DNA of 64,000 nt from an uncultured delta proteobacterium (GCA_963769935.1 CAVYNY010000016.1:128001-192000); one strand, 5' to 3'. Positions 30,562 through 39,083 are shown, counted from the stretch's first letter. The notes: a model not told the origin generated them from the sequence alone. Numbers and translations are program-made.

Positions 30562-32421
30562 TTACAATTTTTTATCTACTAATTTTTGAAATACGTATGG
30601 CAGGCAGTCTTCCGTTTTCATGGGTTTGCCGGCCAAAAGAGAATGCGTATCTATCCATTCTCTTTTATTCGCAGCAATATAGGTTTCCAAATCATGGGCC
30701 TCCATAAAATTTTTGGTTCTTTGAGATACATTTTTTATGGCTGTTTCATGAATAGCGGGGTAATGGTTCATAAGTGCCGCCGCTCCGGCAATATAATGCG
30801 ACCATTTTCTATTCTCTATTGATACCCTTTCGATGCCGTCAGATTTTATCATGGTATCGTAGTCGTCATTTTTAAAAAAATATAAATAGACATCCAAGTA
30901 AAATTTGACCATTTCCAATACACTGGATCCAAAAAATGAATTAAAAGCGTCATCGTCTATGTAAGCATCAGCCAGATACACCATATCCTTGTCCAGATAG
31001 TTAGTATTGTACATTTCTTTATAATCACAGATCTCCTTTACATTGGAGGCATTTCTACTAAAGCCGACACAATTTAAAACAATATCGGCATCTATGTGAT
31101 GTTTATCATCTATGATAATTCCATTTTCATACATAGCGGTTATATTTCCGACGATGGTACTTATTTTTTTTAAATAGTGCCCGATGAACCATATGTCGGA
31201 GACGCTGATTGTGTGGCCGTCGTGTTTAATTTTACCCATCCAGCACTCGGGTTGGGCGGCGCCACTCAGGTCATACAATTTCTTCCAAAGCAGCATGTTT
31301 CTCATGTTGCTTTTTTTATCATGCTGAAAAGATTCATCGTATGGGGTTGCAAAATTCAAGTAATCAATAATCTTGGGGCACACGGTGCCATGTCTTCTAC
31401 AGACGATGGTGACATGGCTGGCGCCGCTTTCCAGGGCGGTCCTGGCATTCTCGACGGCAAAGGCACCCATCCCGATAATTACCACCTTTTTATTTTTCCA
31501 GGGAAAATCTCTAACGTCGTCTGATATACCTGAAATTATTTGTCCTCGATAATCACGTTGATTTACCAGATCAATTTTCCGGGGTGTTCCGACACGATCA
31601 TTTATCGCTAAAATGACGCCGTTGCTTTTCAGGGTCAGTTTTTGTCGGTTCATGGTCAAATTTATTAGATATGAATTGCCGGTTTTTTTTATCCAATCGA
31701 CTTCAGTATTTAGGAAAATATTATCGGAGACGTTGCGGGCCAATGAAACGATATCTTCCAAAATTTCTCTGGTTGTAGAATGGTCTCGGTTGGATCTGGA
31801 CCCTTTTTCAATCATCCGATAACCGGCTTCCGAGGTATTCACTTGGGAGGTGCTGTTGGCATACTGCGACCAGATTCCGCCGACACTATCTCTTTTTTCC
31901 ACCAGACAAAAAGAAATATTGTTTTTTAATAGGCGCTTGGCGGCATATAAGCCGGTCACGCCGGCGCCGACGATAATAACATCGACTGTTTTGGGCAAAA
32001 TTTTTGTGCTGGAAACTTTTAGTCGGCTGTTGTCAAAAACAAACTTTTTTTGGGCATACGCAATTATCGTGCTTTCGAAATTATCCGAATCGGAGGGATC
32101 AAGTTTTATAAGATCGCAGTCGAACTCAGTCAGATCCAAGCCGGCTGGATGAATATCCGATCCATCAAGCAGGAACAGGGCATATGGGAAACATGCCGAT
32201 CGGATGGATTTTAATTCAAGCAGCAATTCATTTACCCATTTCATTTGACGGGTTGAAAATATGAATCCATAAGGCAAATCGGCATGTCTTCTGAGTTCAT
32301 TTACAATCAGCGGAATTTCTTGCGAACCAAAGTTTAAAATTGGACTCAGAGAAAGTTCTACCCGACTGAAATTGGCCAATCTCATCTTAAGGGCCCTGTT
32401 TGTATTTTCCGGTAAGATCAT
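30562..32421 (-). CDS. Class B flavoprotein monooxygenase-like (FMO/BVMO fold) FAD/NAD(P)H oxidoreductase with an about 140 aa N-terminal extension
   Basis: IIVGAGVTG...EKRDSVGGIW (FAD), VVIIGMGAFA...VCRR (NAD(P)H), CVGF. No FxGxxxH fingerprint. RBS GAGGA. Confidence 0.75.
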   Translation of the reverse strand: MILPENTNRALKMRLANFSRVELSLSPILNFGSQEIPLIVNELRRHADLPYGFIFSTRQMKWVNELLLELKSIRSACFPYALFLLDGSDIHPAGLDLTEFDCDLIKLDPSDSDNFESTIIAYAQKKFVFDNSRLKVSSTKILPKTVDVIIVGAGVTGLYAAKRLLKNNISFCLVEKRDSVGGIWSQYANSTSQVNTSEAGYRMIEKGSRSNRDHSTTREILEDIVSLARNVSDNIFLNTEVDWIKKTGNSYLINLTMNRQKLTLKSNGVILAINDRVGTPRKIDLVNQRDYRGQIISGISDDVRDFPWKNKKVVIIGMGAFAVENARTALESGASHVTIVCRRHGTVCPKIIDYLNFATPYDESFQHDKKSNMRNMLLWKKLYDLSGAAQPECWMGKIKHDGHTISVSDIWFIGHYLKKISTIVGNITAMYENGIIIDDKHHIDADIVLNCVGFSRNASNVKEICDYKEMYNTNYLDKDMVYLADAYIDDDAFNSFFGSSVLEMVKFYLDVYLYFFKNDDYDTMIKSDGIERVSIENRKWSHYIAGAAALMNHYPAIHETAIKNVSQRTKNFMEAHDLETYIAANKREWIDTHSLLAGKPMKTEDCLPYVFQKLVDKKL

Positions 32422-32489
32422 AGTATTTCCTCGAATTTCTGGTTTGATTTTATCCCACAGCCTTTTGGCCTTAAGGACGGAAATGGAAA

Positions 32490-32624
32490 AGAAGTAGTTT
32501 CAAAACCTCAGATCAGGTTCAAGGGCAAGGCGCGAGCCGATGAAAAAGCGCAGCATACACGGCAGTATGTGAGCATTTTGAAGAGGCTCGCAACGCAGCC
32601 ATTGGGCCTTATGAAACCACTTCT
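32490..32624. mobile_element. MITE-like 135 bp element with terminal inverted repeats
   Basis: AGAAGTAGTTTCA (32490-32502) and TGAAACCACTTCT (32612-32624), one mismatch. Nested hairpins GCGAGCC..GGCTCGC and GCATAC..GTATGT. Confidence 0.6.
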
Positions 32625-32625
32625 A

Positions 32626-33765
32626 CTAAAATTCTGCATTTGCCAGCCTTGCGCCTTCAACCAATGATTTTAACTTTAACCAGGCAATCTCGCCCGATAC
32701 ACCGGCGGCAGAGGCCGTTGAGGCAAACCCGCAATCGGTTGAGCCGATAACTCTTGCGGGTCCAAGCAATCTTGCAAAATTTAGAATTCGCTGTGCGACC
32801 AGTTCCGGATGTTCAATGGTATTGGAGGTCGTGTCGATGACACCCGGCATCAGAATTTTATTTTCAGGGACAGAAAAATTTTTTATAACTTCCCATTCAT
32901 GCGCATGGCGATGGTTGCTGGATTCGATCGAAATATAGTTTGCATGAACCCGCATGATGCTGTTGAAGATTTTACTTAAATCAATATCGCAGTGATGGGT
33001 GCCGGGATAATTTCCCCAGCAAATGTGAGCTCGGCATTTTCCGCCGTCAATATTTTCCAGCGCCTGATTCAATATATCTAGATTGGTTTCGATCAAGGTT
33101 AAAAAGTATTCTTCCCGCAAGTCCTTAAACCTTGTATGTCTTCCCATTGCCAGATCAGGGCAGTCGATTTGCAGAAAAATTCCGTAACTACTTATTGTTT
33201 CATATTCCTGTTGCAATACCTCTCCTAATTTCTGAAGATACGTTTCGTAGCTTGCATAGTATTTATTCTCCAGAAACAGGGCCACTGTTCCCGGTGAAGG
33301 CGCGGTAAAAAACAACTCGGCGTCGGATTCCGGATACTTTTGTTTCAACTCATAAAAGACCCCGACCATCATATCCAGCTCTTTTCGCAATGATTCCCCG
33401 CCGGTATAGGCAAGCTCCTGCGAGCATGCCGGAAGCCTGATCGGTGCTTTGGGATTAAGTGTAATTAATCCGTTTCTGCCGCTAAACCTCCGGGCATATT
33501 CCGGCAGTTCTTCCAGATCTTTCGGAAAAGGGGCCGTGCCTGTGTCAAAAAACCCTGATATTCTATCGACAGTCGCGCTAATGTAATCGGATCTCGGCAA
33601 TTCACCATTGTTAATGAAAGATAATCCCAACCTAATTTGCTTTTCCAGAATGGTCCTCAAATGACGTCGCAAATCATCATCACTTATTTTTTTCTGCTTT
33701 AAAATCTGGAGGTGCATTTCATTGGGACGCGGCAAAGATCCGACGTGGGTGGTTTTAATTTTCAT
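32626..33765 (-). CDS. Cobalamin-independent methionine synthase II family, core/half-size (related to MesA-D, YxjH and epoxyalkane:CoM transferase)
   Basis: TTHVGSLPRP, NNGE, QIDCP; candidate Zn ligands HIC (H,C), E (SIES) and DCGF; PGVID...EHPELVAQRI. At 379 aa it is only the catalytic half of MetE. Confidence 0.9.
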   Translation of the reverse strand: MKIKTTHVGSLPRPNEMHLQILKQKKISDDDLRRHLRTILEKQIRLGLSFINNGELPRSDYISATVDRISGFFDTGTAPFPKDLEELPEYARRFSGRNGLITLNPKAPIRLPACSQELAYTGGESLRKELDMMVGVFYELKQKYPESDAELFFTAPSPGTVALFLENKYYASYETYLQKLGEVLQQEYETISSYGIFLQIDCPDLAMGRHTRFKDLREEYFLTLIETNLDILNQALENIDGGKCRAHICWGNYPGTHHCDIDLSKIFNSIMRVHANYISIESSNHRHAHEWEVIKNFSVPENKILMPGVIDTTSNTIEHPELVAQRILNFARLLGPARVIGSTDCGFASTASAAGVSGEIAWLKLKSLVEGARLANAEF

Positions 33766-33800
33766 TTTTTTTGCAGCCTCTTTCTTTAAGCAGGAAGATT

Positions 33801-36554
33801 TTATAACAAAGAGTGAATCTCATCTATCAATTGGTCCGGCAGTGGATGTTCAAAAAGCAAATCGGAATCGATTTCGATTGCCAGCGAAGATTGGAGTTGA
33901 GTTATAAATTCGGTGGCACTCATTGAATCCAATCCCTGCTCAATCAGTTCAACATCCGGATCTATAATTTCAATGCTTGTAACTTTAAAAAACAGCCCTT
34001 GGATCAGCTGCTGGACTTGTTCCCGGGATAGTTTGCCTTTTCCATTATTACCCTTCTGAATTTCCGATCCAACATTTTCGAATACCTTCATATTATTTGG
34101 ACCGGCATCTAATTCAACACCGTTGCGGTCAAAATTTATAGCATCAAGCTGATAGTAATTCTCCAGCGATGAGGATCGCCCTCTATCAAATGGAACCGTT
34201 ATATTTTCAATTTCTTTTCTGACCCGCTTTTCCACTCCTTTGATGATGATATGGGCATTTGTTCCTCCAAACCCAAAACTGCTGATGCCGATGTGAGACT
34301 GACCATTTATGCTTGTCGCTTCAGAAACTACCCTTAGATTGAAAGATTCGAAATCAACATATTGATTGGGTCGGTTGAAATGCAGATTCGGCGGAATCGT
34401 GCCATGATACAGGATCAGTACTGATTTTATTAACCCGGCTATACCGGCTGCAGACTCCAGGTGCCCGATATTTGATTTTACCGACCCCAGATAACAATTA
34501 TTTTTGCGGCTCTTGGCAATTGTCCGTTGAATAGCTGAAATTTCAATCGGATCGCCGATCTTAGTGCCGGTCCCATGACATTCGATATAGGATATATCCT
34601 GCGGTTTGATGGCTGCATCCCGACAGGCATCTAAAATTAATTCCTCCTGGGCTTCCGGATGGGGCGCCGTGATAATCTGTGAACGCCCTCCATTTTGATT
34701 AATGGCTGAGCCCAATAGTTCGGCATAATAATTTTTTACCCGCTTTTTATTCGCCAACAGAACCAAGCCGCCGCCTTCGGCCCGAACGTAGCCATCGGCC
34801 GAATTATCAAAAACCTTGCAGCGATTATCTTTCGACAAAAATCCCGAATTTTTCATTTTATCGGTAAAATCATTTCCCAGGATCATATTCACCCCGCCCG
34901 CAATTGCATAGTCGACCCGGCCGGCCTCAATATCTTTGGCAGCATAATGGAGCGCAACCAATGAAGAGGAACAGGCGGTGTTGGAAACCCAACTCGGCCC
35001 CCTCAAATCATAATGGTAGCTTATGCGGGATGCTATTATGCTGGGGTTGGTTCCGGACGGATAATAAACTGAATTTCTGTCACCCCTGTATTCTTGATTC
35101 CATACGCCGATATATACGCCGATTCTTTTTTTATCCAACTTAGCGGGATCAAGGCCGGCGTCTTTAAAAAGTAGTTCCGTTAATTCAAGCGCCAATATCT
35201 GTTGAGGATCCATTGTTTGGGCTTCGGCTTCCGAGATATTAAAATATTTATGGTCAAACCTGGTTATTTCATCATTCAAAAAACCGGCTTCGAAATTACT
35301 CCGGCCGGCATTGGCCTTTACTTGATCTTCTCCCCTCAACAACATATCCCAAAATTGAGTCAAATTTTCGATCGATGATGGAAATCGACAACTCATTCCG
35401 GATATAACCACTTCATTTTTTAGGGATTTTAAATTCAAGGCCTGGTCAGATGGTTGGGTTGATCCAAAATTGTTAATCAATTGATTAATTGTCTTATATC
35501 TATAAAAGTCCTGCGGCGCTAAATTGGGAAAATAGGTTTGCAAAAATTCGGACAACTCAGCAAAAGTCAGCGATGTAAACCCCTGATACGCCAAAGAAGT
35601 TTTAAAATCCACGCCGGGGCGAAATTCTTCTATTGAACGTTTTAGTTTGTTCAAAAACGGATCTTGATCGAGCAGTTTCCGCTGATGCAATATCCACTCT
35701 ATTTCATCCTCTCCTCTAAACATCGATGATACATATTTATAGCTATCAAAAATATCACAACATTTATCCAACACCGGATGAAAACCAATCTCGATTATTT
35801 CCAGTTCATCATCATTAAACCTGGTTTTGATGGTTTGCATGGAACTGATAAAATCGACCGGACTGACCAACCATCGTTGCCAGTGATCGGCATTTAACTG
35901 GTTTTCAAAATTGGCCGTGAGGCCTGATACAAACCTGAAATCTTCTATTTTGCGGGATCGGACAGGGGGCAGTTTATCACTGAAACCATGGTAATCCGGG
36001 TGGTGCCACGGATGGGGCAGTCTCATGGTTACAAAACCAGGGTTTTTCTCTACGAATTCAGTCATTTCATTGGTGTATCCGCTCAAGGTTACATGGTTGT
36101 GAATACCCCTTTTGAAATTCAGGGAAGACAGGTTTACCGATAATTCTTCTATCTGTTGATTCGACAACTCACCATGCAGCATCACGCCTTCCAAATTGGA
36201 GGCTATTTCACCGATCCGAAAGGTTACGTCGAGAATATCTTCCAGGGAATAAAGCCCCGCTTGATATGAAGCCGATAATTCTCCGATACTGTGTCCGATA
36301 ACCACATCCGGATTATATCCCCACTGGGTCCAAATATCGGACAGACAGATTTGCGATACGACCGTCAACAGCGGACTGTAGGGACACCGATGTTTACCGA
36401 TCTCATTTTCCCAGATTTCTTCTAAATTTAAACCAAATTTTGAATCTAATATGGATCGTATTTCAGACCAGCATTGCGAATGTTCCAATAGTTTGAAGCT
36501 GCTATCGCTGTTGCTGGTGCCTTCCCCTGAATATAAATATATAATTTTTTTCAT
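33801..36554 (-). CDS. Minimal type I polyketide synthase-like protein, domain order AT-ACP-KS-ACP
   Basis: ATG at 36554 after GAGGT. AT: GHSIGE..R, EIGFHPVL. ACP1: QGFTSL. KS: MDPQQ, TACSSSL, ECHGTGT, KSNIGHLESAAG, SSFGFGGTNAH. ACP2: QGLDSM. Confidence 0.9.
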   Translation of the reverse strand: MKKIIYLYSGEGTSNSDSSFKLLEHSQCWSEIRSILDSKFGLNLEEIWENEIGKHRCPYSPLLTVVSQICLSDIWTQWGYNPDVVIGHSIGELSASYQAGLYSLEDILDVTFRIGEIASNLEGVMLHGELSNQQIEELSVNLSSLNFKRGIHNHVTLSGYTNEMTEFVEKNPGFVTMRLPHPWHHPDYHGFSDKLPPVRSRKIEDFRFVSGLTANFENQLNADHWQRWLVSPVDFISSMQTIKTRFNDDELEIIEIGFHPVLDKCCDIFDSYKYVSSMFRGEDEIEWILHQRKLLDQDPFLNKLKRSIEEFRPGVDFKTSLAYQGFTSLTFAELSEFLQTYFPNLAPQDFYRYKTINQLINNFGSTQPSDQALNLKSLKNEVVISGMSCRFPSSIENLTQFWDMLLRGEDQVKANAGRSNFEAGFLNDEITRFDHKYFNISEAEAQTMDPQQILALELTELLFKDAGLDPAKLDKKRIGVYIGVWNQEYRGDRNSVYYPSGTNPSIIASRISYHYDLRGPSWVSNTACSSSLVALHYAAKDIEAGRVDYAIAGGVNMILGNDFTDKMKNSGFLSKDNRCKVFDNSADGYVRAEGGGLVLLANKKRVKNYYAELLGSAINQNGGRSQIITAPHPEAQEELILDACRDAAIKPQDISYIECHGTGTKIGDPIEISAIQRTIAKSRKNNCYLGSVKSNIGHLESAAGIAGLIKSVLILYHGTIPPNLHFNRPNQYVDFESFNLRVVSEATSINGQSHIGISSFGFGGTNAHIIIKGVEKRVRKEIENITVPFDRGRSSSLENYYQLDAINFDRNGVELDAGPNNMKVFENVGSEIQKGNNGKGKLSREQVQQLIQGLFFKVTSIEIIDPDVELIEQGLDSMSATEFITQLQSSLAIEIDSDLLFEHPLPDQLIDEIHSLL

Positions 36555-36635
36555 ATTGGTGACCTCGGCATATTGCTGGCTTACGCTGTTTAATTTAATC
36601 CCCAACTTGGAGAAATTTACCGTTCAAAAATTTGC

Positions 36636-36663
36636 AAAAAAAAACCTCCCGACAGGGGGAGGT
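36636..36663 (-). terminator. Intrinsic terminator, the expression platform of the SAM riboswitch
   Basis: Minus strand ACCTCCC-cctgtc-GGGAGGT followed by a T-run. The 5' arm ACCTC is complementary to GAGGT at the 3' end of aptamer P1, giving an antiterminator. Confidence 0.85.
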
Positions 36664-36685
36664 AAGATGCCATTTGTCTTCAGCG

Positions 36686-36783
36686 ACCTCATGTTCCCCT
36701 TACGGGACTGGATTTAGCACCTTTATGGAATAGGTTGCTGAGCGGTCAACGGGCCAGTTCCCTCACGCTACTCTTCATGACTC
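36686..36783 (-). ncRNA. SAM-I (S-box) riboswitch aptamer
   Basis: Minus strand reads UCAUG-AAGAG-UAGCGU-GAGGGAACUGGCCC-GUUGA-CCGCU-CAGCAACC-uauuccaua-AAGGUGCUAAAUCCAG-ucccguaaggggaa-CAUGA. It has the S-box core motifs (AGAG, GAGGGA.CUGGCCC, GCAACC, GGUGC.AA.UCC), P1 pairing and the CUGG/CCAG pseudoknot. Confidence 0.92.
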
Positions 36784-36797
36784 TTTAATTTCTAATT

Positions 36798-36825
36798 ATG
36801 ATAGGGATGATACATTTAAAGTCAA
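36798..36825 (-). promoter_or_regulatory. Putative sigma70 promoter of the SAM-regulated operon
   Basis: TTGACT-N16-TATCAT, ending about 15 nt before the aptamer. Confidence 0.55.
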
Positions 36826-37038
36826 GCTTCATCGGAATTTTTTTTTAGACCCCAGCCCGGAAAAGCCGAAGCCAAGATGGACAAATTAATCACGAAAGCG
36901 CGAAAGGACGAAAACACGAAAAGAATAAAAGACTATTTTCGTGCTTTTCTAGATTTCGTATTTTCGTGATAAAAAATTTTTCATAAAATGCAAAGAAATA
37001 ACTATCAAGATTCCAAAGTAGAACTTCCCAGCCATTGC

Positions 37039-37808
37039 CTACAAATCTAAACGATCCAAGAAATCAATAATGGCCCGGTTAAACTCCTCCGGCTTTTCCA
37101 TAGGCAGAATATGCCCGGCTTCAGCAACTATTATCCGGCTTGCCTTCGGGATATTATTTTCCAAAAATTCTCCATACTTAAGTGGTGTCAACTGATCGTC
37201 GGCCGCCGACACCACCAACACGGGCAGTGTGATCGACCCCACAAGCTGCATCACATCGAATCGGTTGCAGGCATGAAAATCTCCCAACGCAACCGCGGGT
37301 TTACATCGTGCCGCTTCTCCCTGAAAACGCTTAATTAGTTCCGGCCCGGTTGTTTTGGAGGCGACGGATTTGCCGATCATCGACAGGTAACCGCTGTAAT
37401 CATTTTCCAGCGTATCGAAGATCGCGGGCGCCACCTTGAGCTTGGCACCCGTATTGACCAGGATCCCGGCCTTTATAAAGTCCGGGTAGTCAAGCAGAAG
37501 CTGCTGGGTGACGGCTCCCCCCATGCTGATTCCGCAAATAACAGGGCTTGAAACGCCGAGTGCTTTGATAAAATCAATAACCGACCGGGCATAGTCTTCG
37601 ATACGATCGCATCCGATTCCGCCGCTTCGACCGTGGCCGGGCAAATCAAGGGCAATCGTATTCGCGTGTGCAGCCAGACCCTCGACCTGCGCCTGCCAAA
37701 AAAAGCCGGATCCGCCGGCACCGTGAATGAAAAAAATTGTGGATTTTGCCGGATCCGGCGGCCACATACCCGCTAATATCCAATTCCCCCTGCAGTTCCT
37801 TCCACCAT
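37039..37808 (-). CDS. Alpha/beta-fold hydrolase; frameshift near 37775
   Basis: FIHGAG, DLPGHG, GISMGG nucleophile, D and AGH. The probable start is ATG 37808 (after GGAGG), which is one base out of frame with the ORF at 37767. Confidence 0.85.
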
Positions 37809-37828
37809 TTGAACCTCCGTTAAGTGGA

Positions 37829-38173
37829 TTAATTAAAGGTGACCTGATACACCATCTCCTTTTGCCGGATCAAGGCGCGCACCTCTTTTTGAATCATTTC
37901 ATCCCGGATCGGCTCGACCTGCGAAAGCCCGGCAGCATTCTGATCCGCTTTATACTTCCATTGCGTAATAAACCCCGCTACCAGGACATAAGCGCAACCG
38001 CCCACCCCGCAGCAGGTGGAATCGAGCACGGCATAGCCCACAAAATACAAAATCTCCCGGTCCCGGAAAGGCAGGCAAATTTCTTTTACGAAAACATAAT
38101 GCCCGCCGATGGCCGTTATTTCTCGCCCCAGTTCGGGATGGACGAAATCCAATGTATCGCTATCGCGCTGCAT
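37829..38173 (-). CDS. Hypothetical protein with a CCGxGGC motif
   Basis: 114 aa; LDSTCCGVGGCAY; immediately upstream of the hydrolase on the same strand. Confidence 0.7.
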   Translation of the reverse strand: MQRDSDTLDFVHPELGREITAIGGHYVFVKEICLPFRDREILYFVGYAVLDSTCCGVGGCAYVLVAGFITQWKYKADQNAAGLSQVEPIRDEMIQKEVRALIRQKEMVYQVTFN

Positions 38174-38306
38174 GAAATTTTCCTTTGATGCCGAAAAGTT
38201 ATGTAATAACCATTTGGCTTGCACGGTTCGATATGATACATTTGAGTCGAATACTCAAGTTCGGACGTTTCCAACCAAGAATCTGTCAAAGGATAACTCA
38301 CACTCA

Positions 38307-39029
38307 ATGACAACATTGTATTTAAAAGATCTGGTGAAATCGTACTCGGGCAGGAAGGTTGTCAATTCAGTAAACCTCAGTATCAAAAGCGGTGAAGTTG
38401 TCGGTCTGCTGGGCCCCAATGGTGCCGGCAAAACCACAACCTTTTATATGTGTATCGGCTTGGTAAGACCGGATGAAGGCGACGTTCTACTGGACGATGA
38501 AAATATAACCAATTCCCCTATGTACGTCAGGGCCCGTAAAGGCGTCGGCTATCTTCCCCAGGAGACCTCGATTTTCCGCAAACTGACGGTCAAGCAAAAT
38601 TTATTGGCAATCCTGGAAATCCTGCCCCTTGATGCAGCCGAGCGCGAGCATCGGGCTGAAATGCTGCTGGAAGAACTTGGCATAAAGCACCTGCAGAAGC
38701 AGAAGGCAAGTGTCCTGTCGGGCGGCGAAAAGCGGCGCCTTGAGATTTCACGCGCCCTGGCCACCAATCCCTCATTCATACTTCTTGATGAGCCTTTTGC
38801 CGGTATCGACCCTCTGGCCGTCATCGATATTAAAAACATTATCATGCATCTTAAGCGCCGCGGTATCGGTATACTCATTTCCGATCACAATGTTAGGGAA
38901 ACTCTCGGCGCCTGTGACAATGCGTACATTCTGGTCGACGGAAAGGTTCTCGAATCCGGCCCCCCCAATCAAATCGCAGCGAGTGAAGCCGTATGTCAAG
39001 CCTATCTGGGTGAGGAATTTCAGTTGTAA
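38307..39029 (+). CDS. lptB: LPS export ABC ATPase, LptB-like
   Basis: GLLGPNGAGKTTTFY, GYLPQE.SIFRKL, LSGGEKRRLEI, LDEPFAGIDP, SDHNVRETL, YLGEEF. Confidence 0.88.
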   Translation: MTTLYLKDLVKSYSGRKVVNSVNLSIKSGEVVGLLGPNGAGKTTTFYMCIGLVRPDEGDVLLDDENITNSPMYVRARKGVGYLPQETSIFRKLTVKQNLLAILEILPLDAAEREHRAEMLLEELGIKHLQKQKASVLSGGEKRRLEISRALATNPSFILLDEPFAGIDPLAVIDIKNIIMHLKRRGIGILISDHNVRETLGACDNAYILVDGKVLESGPPNQIAASEAVCQAYLGEEFQL

Positions 39030-39083
39030 AGCCAAGGCCTGATATGAAACTTCACGTGATAGGGCAGCGTCCCCGCTATCGGC

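Noticed and set aside
37768..37808. In-frame TAG after the hydrolase ATG read as pyrrolysine readthrough
   Set aside because: The downstream coding frame is offset (41 nt, not a multiple of 3), so this is an indel rather than readthrough.
37039..37808. Alpha/beta hydrolase as the thioesterase of the mini-PKS
   Set aside because: It lies upstream of the riboswitch and promoter, beyond a repeat element, and has host-like composition. A role in trans cannot be excluded.
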